From: Bacteroidales bacterium
GTDB lineage: Bacteria; Bacteroidota; Bacteroidia; Bacteroidales; UBA7960
NCBI GenBank assembly: GCA_046261715.1
Contig: JBHEOF010000001.1
Location: 29,690 to 93,689, forward strand
Length of the DNA stretch: 64,000 nt
Reading direction: 5' to 3'
Of this stretch, positions 1 to 9,955 are shown in pieces (within the stretch, counting starts at the first letter, position 1; the number at the start of each line of letters is the position of its first letter). Under the pieces are notes generated by a model. That model was not told the origin of the DNA. It saw only the letters and a list, made by a program, of their open reading frames with translations, and ran no database searches. The position numbers and the translations under genes were made by a program.

Positions 1-300
1 TTCAGATGCAATGATCTCAACATTCTGACCTTTACCTTTAGATTCAACAAGCTTACCATTTACTGATATACAAGAACCTGTAGTAACCAATCTTAAAAGT
101 TCATCATTATTAAACTCCTGAACATCAACAACTACCTGGATATTATGTACAATACTGCCGTCGTTTAACGCAATAAAGGCTACATTTTTATTTCCTCTTT
201 TGGTTCTTACCCAACCTTTTACATTTACCTGCTTTTCCAGTAAATCTGTGTGATCATTTTTTAACAAATCGTAAACCCGTTTTCTTCTCAATTGCTCCAT
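1..300 (-). CDS. asnS: asparaginyl-tRNA synthetase, N-terminal ~100 aa (gene runs off the left edge)
   Basis: Hand translation of the minus strand from the ATG at 300-298 gives MEQLRRKRVYDLLKNDHTDLLEKQVNVKGWVRTKRGNKNVAFIALNDGSIVHNIQVVVDVQEF.... This is the OB-fold anticodon-binding N-terminus typical of bacterial AsnRS (VKGWVRT.R......FIALNDGS). It is not in the ORF track because it is truncated by the window edge. Confidence 0.85.
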   Translation of the reverse strand, partial: MEQLRRKRVYDLLKNDHTDLLEKQVNVKGWVRTKRGNKNVAFIALNDGSIVHNIQVVVDVQEFNNDELLRLVTTGSCISVNGKLVESKGKGQNVEIIASE

Positions 301-838
301 ATGTTTTAAAATAAGATTAATTTGATTATCTGTTTTTCTAACTCGCACCAACCAACCTGAAAATTACTGTAGCTTAAGCCGGCTGCAAAATTAATAGAAA
401 TTTGTGAAGTGGTCAATTACATTCAATACTTAAGCAAACGCCTTCTTTTGGATTATAGCAGAAAAAGCATCATGAAAATTAGTAAACATATATTAAATTT
501 TATCGCACATAATAAGCCATACAACAAATAAAACAGTTATTTAAAAGTTAAAATATGACAATATAATGAACTTAATCTTCCGCTATTCAACTTTTTACTT
601 TAAAAAATTTTTAGTTTATAAATTTTTTTAAAAAATCTTAGTATACTTGCAAAGTAAAATAACCGACATGAAATCGCGTATTTTTCTTTTTGTCAGCAAA
701 ATAAAAGTAACTCCCTGGGACCACTAACTTCAGGCATTCATAAAACCGCATGTTACTTTTTGTTGGTAAACCATGAAGAAAAATTGCGATTTTTTTATTT
801 CAAATCACAACCAAAACTTAAACAAATAATAAAAATTT

Positions 839-3778
839 ATGAAGAAAGAACTATTAGGTTTTATTGTTATGATTTTATTGGGTTTGAGCATAACAGCCCA
901 AACAATAACCATAACAGGAACCGTAACTTCTGTAATGGAAGACGATATGCCTTTGCCGGGAGCTACGGTTCAGATAAAAGGAACTACTCTAGGTACGGTA
1001 ACCGATATGGAGGGTCGTTATCAGATTGAAGCATCTGCAACAGACACATTATTTTTCTCTTATGTGGGTATGATAAGTGAAATTGTTCCCATTGAAGGCA
1101 GAAATATTATCAATGTTGGTCTGAGAATGGATATTGCCCGCCTTGGAGAGGTTGTAGTTGTAGGCTATGGAACAGAATCCAGTCGTCTTGTTTCAGGCTC
1201 ACTGGGTGTAGTAAGTGAAAGTGAGATGCGCGATGTGCCCATGCGTACACTTGATGGGGTGTTGCAAGGACGATCGGCTGGTGTGCAAATCACTCAGAAT
1301 GCAGGAAACCCGGGTGCAGCTACATCAATAAGAATCAGGGGAAACAGTTCGATATCGGCAGGAAATGAGCCTTTGTATGTTATTGACGGTATACCCATGA
1401 CCAGCGGAAACTATGGCCAAATTGGCTTCTCGGGACAAGGTATCAATGCTTTGTCAGACATTAACCCCAACGACATTGAATCGATCACCGTTCTGAAGGA
1501 TGCTTCAGCAGCTGCTATTTACGGTGCCAGGGCAACCAACGGTGTAATAGTCATTACTACACGCCGCGGTAGTGAAAAACGTACCGATATTAACTTTAAC
1601 ATGTCCATGGGCAGGCAGGAGGCAGCAAATGTATTGCAAATGCTCAACGCTGACCAGTGGCATGATTATCGCGGCACAGAGCCCGATCCTGATAATCCGG
1701 TTGACACGGACTGGTTGAGTAAAATTTTCAGGGAGGCCCCCATGAGCAGCTATGAGTTATCAGCAAGCGGTGGTGATGAAAAAACCCAGTTCTTTATTTC
1801 AGGAAACTATTTTATGCAGGAAGGTATTATTATCGGTACCGATTTTCAAAGATTAAACGGACGGCTTAACCTTGACCATAAAGTAAATTCAAATGTTACT
1901 ATAGGTGGTAGTCTTGGAACAAGTTATTCATTTAATAATCGTGTTGAAGGCGACCGGTCGTTGCATGGGGTATTGCCCAATGCCATTTCAATGGCACCCA
2001 TTTATCCTGTTTACAACGAAGATGGCACTTATAACCAGGATGGCTTTTTTGCAAACCCCATAGCAATAGGAAATGAAGCTATCAATGAAGCACACTCTTA
2101 CCGAACAATTGGTAATGCTTTTACCGATATCACATTTCTCGATAACTTTACATTCAGTACAAAATGGGGTATGGATTACCTGAGTTTGAGAGAACACAGT
2201 TATGATCCAACTACTACGCGTCAGGGTGCTACAACCAACGGTTTGGGAATTGAAGCTCAAACCAGTGTGCTGAATATAGTTTCAAATAATCTTCTACGAT
2301 ATAATAATAGTTTTCAGGAAGTTCATAACGTGGAAGTCTTGGGAGGTTATTCATTTGAAATGTTCCAACGTCGCATACAGTATGCAGAAGGTGTTGACTT
2401 CCCGGGTGCTTATTTCCAGTATCTGCTTGATGCCGGAACCATCAGATTAGCTGAAGCCAGGGCCACTGACAGGGGCATAAATTCATATTTCGGTCAAATG
2501 CGGTATAATTATGATTACAAATATATTGTGTCTTTGAGCGGCAGATTTGATGGATCATCTAAATTCGGACCCAACAACAGATATGGTTTCTTCCCGGCAG
2601 TTTCAGTTGCATGGCGTTTAACAGAAGAATCTTTCTTTCAAAGCCTTAAGGCAACTATAAATGAATTCAGAATCAGAACCAGTTATGGTCTTACAGGTAA
2701 TGACGGAATACCCGATTTTGCATACATGGACCTCTACAGGGGCAGAGCAAATTATCGTCAGCAAGCGGGTATAGCTCCCACTGGGATCCCTAATCCTGAC
2801 TTAAAATGGGAAACCACAAGACAATTTAACATAGGTGCAGATATTGAGTTTTTTGATGAAAGAATTGCATTTGCTCTGGATTATTACCACAATACTACAT
2901 CAGATTTGTTGTTCAACAGACCGGTTTCTTTCACTTCAGGATTTACTTCAATTACTTCCAATATCGGGGAACTTGAAAATAAAGGTGTTGAAGTTTCATT
3001 AACCACACTCAATGTCAGTAAAAATAAATTTTCCTGGGAAACAAAGTTTAATCTGAGCCATAATAAGAATAAAATCCTGTCACTTTATAAGGATCAGAAC
3101 CTTCTGGACCTTGACAGATATAGCCCCAGTGCAGTTATTGTGGGTGAGCCCATGAGCGTATTCTATGGTTTCAGAAGTTTGGGTGTTGACCCCAGTACCG
3201 GCGATATTGTTTGGGATGATATAGATGGTAACGGAGTAATCAACTCTGATGACCGCACTATCATTGGTGATCCTAATCCTTTATTTACAGGAGGATTTAC
3301 AAATAATCTGATGTATGGACCCTTTGAGTTAAACTTTTTTATTCAGTTTTCATATGGTAACGATATATTCAATGCAACACGAATATTTATTGAAGCAATG
3401 AAGGGGCCCGATAATCAAAGTGTTGCCATATTGGATCGCTGGAGACAGCCCGGTGACGAAACAGATATACCAAGAGCATCAGAAAACGACCCCAATGCAA
3501 ATAACCGCATTTCTTCAAGATTTGTTGAAGATGGATCCTATGCCCGGCTTAAAAACTTAACCTTTTCTTACAATGTGAAACGCGAATGGGTTCAACGAAT
3601 CGGAGCACAAAGTGCACGTATCTTCTTCACCGGAGCAAACCTTATTACTGTAACCAACTATTCAGGAATGGATCCTGAAGTAAATTACAGAGGAGACAGT
3701 AATTTGCTAAGAGCCACTGACTTTTTCACCTACCCACAGGCGAGAACCTATACGTTTGGAATTAATTTAAGACTTTAA
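839..3778 (+). CDS. SusC/RagA-family TonB-dependent outer-membrane transporter
   Basis: 979 aa. Signal peptide, then a carboxypeptidase-regulatory-like domain (ITITGTVTS...GATVQIKGT..GTVTDMEGRYQI). The plug region reads VVVVGYGT...LQGRSAGVQITQ..G.PGAATSIRIRG..S...NEPLYVIDGIP. A long beta-barrel ends in an aromatic-rich C-terminal strand (TYTFGINLRL). A SusD gene follows 12 nt downstream. Confidence 0.93.
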   Translation: MKKELLGFIVMILLGLSITAQTITITGTVTSVMEDDMPLPGATVQIKGTTLGTVTDMEGRYQIEASATDTLFFSYVGMISEIVPIEGRNIINVGLRMDIARLGEVVVVGYGTESSRLVSGSLGVVSESEMRDVPMRTLDGVLQGRSAGVQITQNAGNPGAATSIRIRGNSSISAGNEPLYVIDGIPMTSGNYGQIGFSGQGINALSDINPNDIESITVLKDASAAAIYGARATNGVIVITTRRGSEKRTDINFNMSMGRQEAANVLQMLNADQWHDYRGTEPDPDNPVDTDWLSKIFREAPMSSYELSASGGDEKTQFFISGNYFMQEGIIIGTDFQRLNGRLNLDHKVNSNVTIGGSLGTSYSFNNRVEGDRSLHGVLPNAISMAPIYPVYNEDGTYNQDGFFANPIAIGNEAINEAHSYRTIGNAFTDITFLDNFTFSTKWGMDYLSLREHSYDPTTTRQGATTNGLGIEAQTSVLNIVSNNLLRYNNSFQEVHNVEVLGGYSFEMFQRRIQYAEGVDFPGAYFQYLLDAGTIRLAEARATDRGINSYFGQMRYNYDYKYIVSLSGRFDGSSKFGPNNRYGFFPAVSVAWRLTEESFFQSLKATINEFRIRTSYGLTGNDGIPDFAYMDLYRGRANYRQQAGIAPTGIPNPDLKWETTRQFNIGADIEFFDERIAFALDYYHNTTSDLLFNRPVSFTSGFTSITSNIGELENKGVEVSLTTLNVSKNKFSWETKFNLSHNKNKILSLYKDQNLLDLDRYSPSAVIVGEPMSVFYGFRSLGVDPSTGDIVWDDIDGNGVINSDDRTIIGDPNPLFTGGFTNNLMYGPFELNFFIQFSYGNDIFNATRIFIEAMKGPDNQSVAILDRWRQPGDETDIPRASENDPNANNRISSRFVEDGSYARLKNLTFSYNVKREWVQRIGAQSARIFFTGANLITVTNYSGMDPEVNYRGDSNLLRATDFFTYPQARTYTFGINLRL

Positions 3779-3790
3779 AAGAGGACAAAA

Positions 3791-5146
3791 ATGAAAAAAA
3801 CAATTTATATTTCAGCGATATTAATCTGGGTTTTGGGTGCGTGTGATGTACTGGATGTACAACCTTACCACTCAATGCCTTCAGATGAAGCAATAACAGA
3901 TTCAGCACAGGTACAATCAGGAATAACAGGTTGCTACGATGCCCTACAGAGCGGAGGTTATTATGGAATGGATTACGTAATATGGGGTGATCTGCCTGCC
4001 GACAATCTCACACATGTGGGCATTACAGTTACCTGGGCCGATATTGATAACAATAATATACTTGCCGATAATGGCCTGGTTGAGGGCACATGGATTGCAA
4101 TTTATCGGGTGCTTAGCCGGGTAAACAATGTTTTAGAGCAAATTCCCGCTATTGAAGATGATAAACTTTCACAAACAGGAAAAAACATTGCTGAGGCTGA
4201 GCTCAGGTTTTTACGTGCCCTGGCACATTATGATCTGATGCGCTTGTTTGGACCCATTCCCATAAGGGAAAGTGCGGTAACAGCAGATGAAGAAAGCCTT
4301 AATCCCCCGAGAAACAGTATTGATGAAGTTTTGCAAAGTGTTAATACCGATCTGGATTTTGCAATTTTGCACCTGCCAGATGAACCCATTATCAGGAGTA
4401 AAGCATCCTTACCTGCTGCTATAGCGCTCAAAGCACGTATAGCATTGCATCAATATTACATTACTGGAAATACAGAGTTTTTAGCACGGGCAATAACCCA
4501 TGCAACTGAAGTAATAAATCATCCTTCACTGGAAATTGAACCCGACTATGCAAAATTGTATTCTCTTGAACCCACTACCGAATCCATTTTTGAAGTATCG
4601 TATAATGAACAGGACAGAAACCTTACTGCCCGGTATTTTGCGCATACTTCACTGGCGGGCAGATATGAATTTTCACCTACTGACTTTTATCTGAACTCGT
4701 TTGATGAAGATGATTTACGTAAGGATATCTCCGTTGCATTTGCAGGATCAGACCCCTACGTTTTGAAGTTCAATGACGTAGCCTCCGGAACAGATCCGGT
4801 TTATGTACTTCGTCTGGCAGAAATGTATCTGATCAGAGCTGAGGCAGCAACCATTTTACAGGATGATACTGATGAAATTCTCAGTGACATAAACGAGATA
4901 AGAGAGAGAGCCGGATTAACACCCGCCACTATGACCAGCTACACTGCACTTGCACTTGAAATTGAGTCGCAAAGGCAGAAAGAATTTGCTTTTGAAGGCC
5001 ATCGTTGGTTTGATCTTGTAAGAACCGGTAAGGCCCTTGACAGGCTCGAAAATGTAACAAGCATAAACCAAACTCTTTTCCCGATTCCCCAAGCCGAGAT
5101 CATTTCCAATGATAATCCGGGGATGTATCAAAATGATGGTTATTAA
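3791..5146 (+). CDS. SusD/RagB-family nutrient-binding outer-membrane lipoprotein
   Basis: 451 aa with lipoprotein signal (ILIWVLGAC). It has the SusD-like TPR core motif AEAELRFLRALAHYDLMRLFGPIPI and a C-terminal block QRQKEFAFEGHRWFDLVRTG. It lies immediately after SusC. Confidence 0.9.
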   Translation: MKKTIYISAILIWVLGACDVLDVQPYHSMPSDEAITDSAQVQSGITGCYDALQSGGYYGMDYVIWGDLPADNLTHVGITVTWADIDNNNILADNGLVEGTWIAIYRVLSRVNNVLEQIPAIEDDKLSQTGKNIAEAELRFLRALAHYDLMRLFGPIPIRESAVTADEESLNPPRNSIDEVLQSVNTDLDFAILHLPDEPIIRSKASLPAAIALKARIALHQYYITGNTEFLARAITHATEVINHPSLEIEPDYAKLYSLEPTTESIFEVSYNEQDRNLTARYFAHTSLAGRYEFSPTDFYLNSFDEDDLRKDISVAFAGSDPYVLKFNDVASGTDPVYVLRLAEMYLIRAEAATILQDDTDEILSDINEIRERAGLTPATMTSYTALALEIESQRQKEFAFEGHRWFDLVRTGKALDRLENVTSINQTLFPIPQAEIISNDNPGMYQNDGY

Positions 5147-5167
5147 CAACACTAAAAAATTATAAGC

Positions 5168-6076
5168 ATGAAAAAAATATCAATTTATTTCCCTTTTCTC
5201 GTTGTTTTTACCCTTCTGATGATTACACTTACAGCATGTAAGGAGGATGAATCTGATATTCCTCCGGCCAGCACCCAGGCTGCATTTGATTACGAAGTTA
5301 CTGTTATTGTAATTGATGAAGAAGAAGGCATAGAGTATTATGAAGTAAACCTGACTAACAGGTCGGTACTCGCTCAATCCTACTTTTGGGATTTTGGCAA
5401 CGGCGAAACATCAACCGAAGAAAACCCAACAGTTACTTACACCAGCTCGGGAAGCTATACAATTACATTAACAGTTGAACCTTTGAACGATGTGTACTAT
5501 AATAATCTTACCGAAAGTGTTTCATTGTCATTTGGTAAAATAGAAATTTTGTTCGAAGACTTTAGCGAAGGAATTGATTATCTGGATGAAGATACATGGG
5601 CTCCTGAAGGATGGCAAACTATTGATAATGATGGAGATGGCTTTAACTGGTTTGCAAGTTACAGAACAGAAGAGAATGACACCATCCATTCATTGCGAAG
5701 TCAGTCATGGACATCTGCAACAGGACCCCTGGCTCCTGATAACTGGCTTATTACTCCCGAAGTTGATCTTACAGAATATAGTGAAGGTGCTACCATAACA
5801 TTCAGGTTTACGGTAGGTGTTACTGCAAGTACACCTGAATACCGTCAGGAGAACTACGGTGTTTTCATTTCTGAAGGAAATGATAACATTGACAATTTTG
5901 AACTTCTGCTGGAAGAAACCTTTACGGAAGATACTCCGCGTATGACGCCTCTTGAAAGGAGTGTTGATATATCAGAATATGCCGGTGAGGTTGTTTACCT
6001 TGCCATACGACACTTCAATGTAACCGATAATGACCGGATCTTTGTTGAAGAGGTTGAAATTTTTGCTATAGAATAA
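5168..6076 (+). CDS. surface lipoprotein with a PKD domain and a choice-of-anchor-J / cleaved-adhesin-like domain (SGBP-like position in the locus)
   Basis: 302 aa with lipobox LTAC. PKD signature YFWDFGNGETSTEENPTVTYTSSGSYTITLTV. C-terminal domain reads EGWQTIDNDGDGFNWF...SQSW...LAPDNWLITPEVDL...YLAIRHFN. This is the third gene of the SusCD unit. Confidence 0.7.
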   Translation: MKKISIYFPFLVVFTLLMITLTACKEDESDIPPASTQAAFDYEVTVIVIDEEEGIEYYEVNLTNRSVLAQSYFWDFGNGETSTEENPTVTYTSSGSYTITLTVEPLNDVYYNNLTESVSLSFGKIEILFEDFSEGIDYLDEDTWAPEGWQTIDNDGDGFNWFASYRTEENDTIHSLRSQSWTSATGPLAPDNWLITPEVDLTEYSEGATITFRFTVGVTASTPEYRQENYGVFISEGNDNIDNFELLLEETFTEDTPRMTPLERSVDISEYAGEVVYLAIRHFNVTDNDRIFVEEVEIFAIE

Positions 6077-6091
6077 TACTCACATAATAAA

Positions 6092-6125
6092 AGGAAAAGC
6101 CAGCTTAATCTGGCTTTTCCTTTTC
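6092..6125 (+). terminator. intrinsic terminator-like hairpin after the SusCD-lipoprotein unit
   Basis: AGGAAAAGCCAG-CTTAAT-CTGGCTTTTCCT forms a perfect 12-bp stem followed by TTTC. Confidence 0.5.
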
Positions 6126-6139
6126 AATCCCCTGACTTT

Positions 6140-7009
6140 ATGAAATGGATATTATTGATATTTGTATCGGTTTTTTCTTTAGCTTACTGTAACCCGATTG
6201 GCAATAATGCCGATGGGGAGAGTAACGACATCAAGGGCAGCTTATTTATTATTGGTGGGGGCAGCCGACCTGATCATCTCGTTAACCGAATGATTGATGA
6301 AGCCAATCTGCGTAATGAAGGCTATGCAGTAGTTTTGCCCATGTCAAGTTCAGTGCCCGATTCTGCTATCATATGGGCTTCAGAACAATTTCACCGCAAT
6401 GGAATAGATAATGTAACAGGATTCAATTTTTTACCCGGCGGGTACATCCCGCTTCAGTGGATCGACTCGTTAAAAAATGCTTCACTGATTTATATTAGTG
6501 GTGGTGATCAAAATCGGTTTATGGCAGTTGCCGGGGAGAATGAAATTGAAGAAGCCTTACATTATGCTTACAAAAACGGGGCCTTGATTGCAGGTACAAG
6601 CGCAGGAGCAGCCGTAATGAGTGAATTAATGATTACCGGAGATGAATTGCGCTATCCCGACTATACTTCCACCTTCCGCACCATTGAATCTAAAAACTTG
6701 GAAGTAAAAAGAGGTCTGGGATTGGTTACTTCTGCCATAATTGACCAGCATTTTGTTTACCGAAGCCGCCACAACCGTTTGTTTACTGCCGTTATTGAAT
6801 ATCCGGAACAGATAGGTATAGGGATTGATGAATCAACGGCCATACTTGTAAAAGGTAATGAAGCTGAAGTTGTGGGAGAATCTCAGGTAATGATCTTTAA
6901 AAATCCCAATAACTCTTACAAGGAAAAAAACACCAAGCTGGGAGCGCTTAATCTGGTAATTGATATTTACTTACCTGGCGAAAAATTTTCAATGAATTTA
7001 CACCAATAA
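6140..7009 (+). CDS. cyanophycinase-like peptidase (family S51), exported lipoprotein
   Basis: 289 aa. Signal and lipobox (VFSLAYC), LFIIGGGSRPD near the N-terminus, ISGGDQNRF, and the serine nucleophile motif GTSAGAAVMSE. The size fits cyanophycinase rather than the ~230-aa PepE. Confidence 0.72.
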   Translation: MKWILLIFVSVFSLAYCNPIGNNADGESNDIKGSLFIIGGGSRPDHLVNRMIDEANLRNEGYAVVLPMSSSVPDSAIIWASEQFHRNGIDNVTGFNFLPGGYIPLQWIDSLKNASLIYISGGDQNRFMAVAGENEIEEALHYAYKNGALIAGTSAGAAVMSELMITGDELRYPDYTSTFRTIESKNLEVKRGLGLVTSAIIDQHFVYRSRHNRLFTAVIEYPEQIGIGIDESTAILVKGNEAEVVGESQVMIFKNPNNSYKEKNTKLGALNLVIDIYLPGEKFSMNLHQ

Positions 7010-7019
7010 AAAATCTCCA

Positions 7020-8639
7020 ATGCTGAAAAAAGTTCCGCACACTTATGTCATCGTTTTTGGTATTATTGTAATTGCAGCTGTCCTTACCTGGTTTATCCCC
7101 CCCGGTAAATACGTTGAAGTAACTGAGGTTATTGATGGCAAGGAAAGAACCGAAATGGTATTTTTATACGAAGAAGACCTTCCTGAAGAATACCAGGATA
7201 AATTTGACAGCAATATACAAACATGGCAGGTGTTTTCAGCCCTTTTTAAAGGTTTCGTTAAGCAAAGTAACATCATCATCTTTATTTTGATGATCGGCGG
7301 AGCATTTTGGATCATGAATCATAGCAGAGCAATAGATGTAGGAATTTTTGCTTTCCTCAAATTTACCCGAAAGCTTGAGAATAATACCTTGATGCGAAAA
7401 ATCGGTGTGGATAATATTATCATTGTACTGATCATGATCCTTTTCAGTTCATTTGGCGCTATATTCGGAATGAGCGAAGAAACCATTGCATTTGTTATAA
7501 TTCTCATACCCCTTGCCATTTCTATGGGTTATGATTCTTTAACAGGAGTTAGTATGGTGTATATTGCTGCCCATCTGGGATTTGCCGGTGCCATACTTAA
7601 TCCTTTTACAATTGGTATTGCACAAGGGTTAGCCGATTTACCCCTTTTTTCCGGTATTGAATATCGTTTGTTTGCCTGGGTAGTGATCAATATTGCAGGG
7701 ATATTTTTTGTGTTGCGGTATGCCCATAAAATCAGAAAGAACCCAACATCTTCCATAATGTATGAAGAAGATTCATACTGGCGAAAACGCGAAAAAGCAG
7801 AATCTACTGAGATAACCTATTATACACCTTTAATGGCCTGGGTTGTTTATGGAGTTACACTTTTGGCACTGGTAATTTTCTCATTTATCTACCCTGAAAC
7901 TACAATGGCCGTGGGAAACAGTTCTTTTACCTTTTGGGTTTTACCCCTTTTTACCATACTCTTCGCTATTCTGGGTGTAATCACATTGCGAAAATCAGTT
8001 CATTTCTTCATTCTTCTGCTGCTGGGGTATACCATAATATTCCTTATTGTCGGAGTAATGGGATATGGATGGTATGTAATGGAAATTGCCACCTTGTTCC
8101 TGGCCATGGGCATTGCCAGCGGCCTGGCAATAAACAAATCTGCTGATGATATTGCAAAACTGTTTCTGGAAGGCGTTAAGGATATTATGTCGGCAGCAAT
8201 AATAGTTGGGCTGGCAGGTGGAATAATTGTAGTGCTGGAAGATGGCGGTATTATTGATTCCATTCTTTACGGGCTTTCAAAGTCAATGGGTAACTTTGGC
8301 AATGTAGCTTCCGTTGGGGTGATGTATGTTATACAAACCATAATAAACATCGTTATTCCTTCAGGTTCTGCCAAAGCAGCCATAACAATGCCTATCATGG
8401 CACCTTTCAGCGATTTGATAGGAATATCACGCCAGGCAACTGTTATGGCATTTCAGTTTGGTGACGGTTTTACCAATATGATCACACCAACTTCAGGTGT
8501 ACTGATAGCTGTTTTGGGTGTTGCCAGAATTCCTTATCATAAATGGGTAAAATGGGTATGGCCTTTGATCATTACAATGATCATACTTGGATTCCTGTTG
8601 CTTATACCCACTGTAACGATGAAATTGAGTGGATTTTAA
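7020..8639 (+). CDS. YfcC-family (DcuC-like C4-dicarboxylate anaerobic carrier fold) polytopic transporter
   Basis: 539 aa. N-terminus KVPHTYVIVFGIIVIAAVLTWFIPPGKY is typical of YfcC proteins, and the protein has many TM segments. It starts 10 nt after the cyanophycinase gene. Confidence 0.8.
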   Translation: MLKKVPHTYVIVFGIIVIAAVLTWFIPPGKYVEVTEVIDGKERTEMVFLYEEDLPEEYQDKFDSNIQTWQVFSALFKGFVKQSNIIIFILMIGGAFWIMNHSRAIDVGIFAFLKFTRKLENNTLMRKIGVDNIIIVLIMILFSSFGAIFGMSEETIAFVIILIPLAISMGYDSLTGVSMVYIAAHLGFAGAILNPFTIGIAQGLADLPLFSGIEYRLFAWVVINIAGIFFVLRYAHKIRKNPTSSIMYEEDSYWRKREKAESTEITYYTPLMAWVVYGVTLLALVIFSFIYPETTMAVGNSSFTFWVLPLFTILFAILGVITLRKSVHFFILLLLGYTIIFLIVGVMGYGWYVMEIATLFLAMGIASGLAINKSADDIAKLFLEGVKDIMSAAIIVGLAGGIIVVLEDGGIIDSILYGLSKSMGNFGNVASVGVMYVIQTIINIVIPSGSAKAAITMPIMAPFSDLIGISRQATVMAFQFGDGFTNMITPTSGVLIAVLGVARIPYHKWVKWVWPLIITMIILGFLLLIPTVTMKLSGF

Positions 8640-8652
8640 ATGATGCCGGTGC

Positions 8653-9573
8653 TTACTTTATTTGTATTACAAGGTATCGGTTTGCACTCCAGAACCGATC
8701 AGCATTATTGATCACAAGTCTGCTTTCCTGATCATCACTTATTATTTCATAGGAATCTGCCGGATGCGATGTAATAAGTTCCGGATCATCTCCGATTATG
8801 GTGATTTCATAATCACGGGTAATATCAATCCGGGTGAAAAAATCCTTATTAAAATCATCTTTTAACTTATTGCTGCGACCCAATCCCAGGAAACCTCCTT
8901 CTCTGGAGATAATATCATTTTCAACAAGCTCATTGCGCGAACCCATGGCAAACCAGGCAGCATTCATTTCTAGTGTCTGCTCCTGCAGTAACTGACTCTT
9001 CTTCTGCGATTCCTGTTCCAGGGTATCAACCCTGGCCATGAGAAAATCGACCTGCAGATTCATTTCAGAAAGCTGATCCCTTAACATTTGTATTTCAATT
9101 TCCTTCTCTTCAATGGATTGGTTCAACCGTGCCACCATTTGTTCAAAACCCGCAATCTTTTGATCAGCGTTGCGTATACGATTATTCAGACTGGCGATGA
9201 GATCACGGTTTTTCTCCATAAGCTCACCTATAAGAATAATATCCTGATTGATACGATCCTGCTGACTTGCTGCCAGCTCCAATTGACCCGATGTTTCACC
9301 CGAAATGATTTCTTCGCGTTCTTTAATAATTTGAAGGTTATTTTCAATCTGATTTAAATCTTCAAAATAGGTATCAACATTATCAAGATTGGTCTGCAAC
9401 TCCTCTTTCAACTGCTGATTTTCATTCTGCAATTGTTTTAGCTCCTCTGAATTTTGATTGCAGGATGAGAATACAAATAAAGCTGAAAGTAGAATTGAAA
9501 AATAAAATTGTTTTTTCCATAATTCTTTTGGGCAAAGCACTAATTTGGTCCATTCATAAAGATCTGGTTTCAT
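8653..9573 (-). CDS. coiled-coil lipoprotein of unknown function
   Basis: 306 aa with lipobox-like FVFSSC. A long heptad-like E/Q/L-rich central region (ELKQLQNENQQLKEELQ..., QMLRDQLSEMNLQVDFLMARVDTLEQESQKK) is followed by a globular C-terminal domain. Confidence 0.6.
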   Translation of the reverse strand: MKPDLYEWTKLVLCPKELWKKQFYFSILLSALFVFSSCNQNSEELKQLQNENQQLKEELQTNLDNVDTYFEDLNQIENNLQIIKEREEIISGETSGQLELAASQQDRINQDIILIGELMEKNRDLIASLNNRIRNADQKIAGFEQMVARLNQSIEEKEIEIQMLRDQLSEMNLQVDFLMARVDTLEQESQKKSQLLQEQTLEMNAAWFAMGSRNELVENDIISREGGFLGLGRSNKLKDDFNKDFFTRIDITRDYEITIIGDDPELITSHPADSYEIISDDQESRLVINNADRFWSANRYLVIQIK

Positions 9574-9955
9574 ATTGTGTGGATTTAAGATTGTAATAAT
9601 TGCATCAATGACACATACTGAATTTTAACCCAAATATAACGCAATCATGAAGGAAAAAATATTTTTAAAAGAAAAAATTATTGCTTGTTATAAAAAAGAG
9701 GAAGCCGGCAGCGGGGAACTGCCGGCCGAGGAAAACAAAAGGGAATAATAAATTTAATAATAAATACAGAAAATTCAAAGTGAATGACTGAATTTAATAA
9801 TAAAAAAACACAAACCTTTTTCAAAACGGTAAGTTTTATTTCTTTTCACAAATTAATTCTATATTGGGAAAAGCTATTGAATCAATTTTTGTAATTTTGA
9901 AAGTTACGAAGAAGGAGAAAATTTAAACAGTGTGTAAAATAAAAAATTAAAGAAA

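Noticed and set aside
760-1029. An 89-aa ORF overlapping the SusC start.
   Set aside because: It is out of frame with SusC, whose ATG at 839 gives a canonical signal peptide. The upstream part is AT-rich intergenic sequence.
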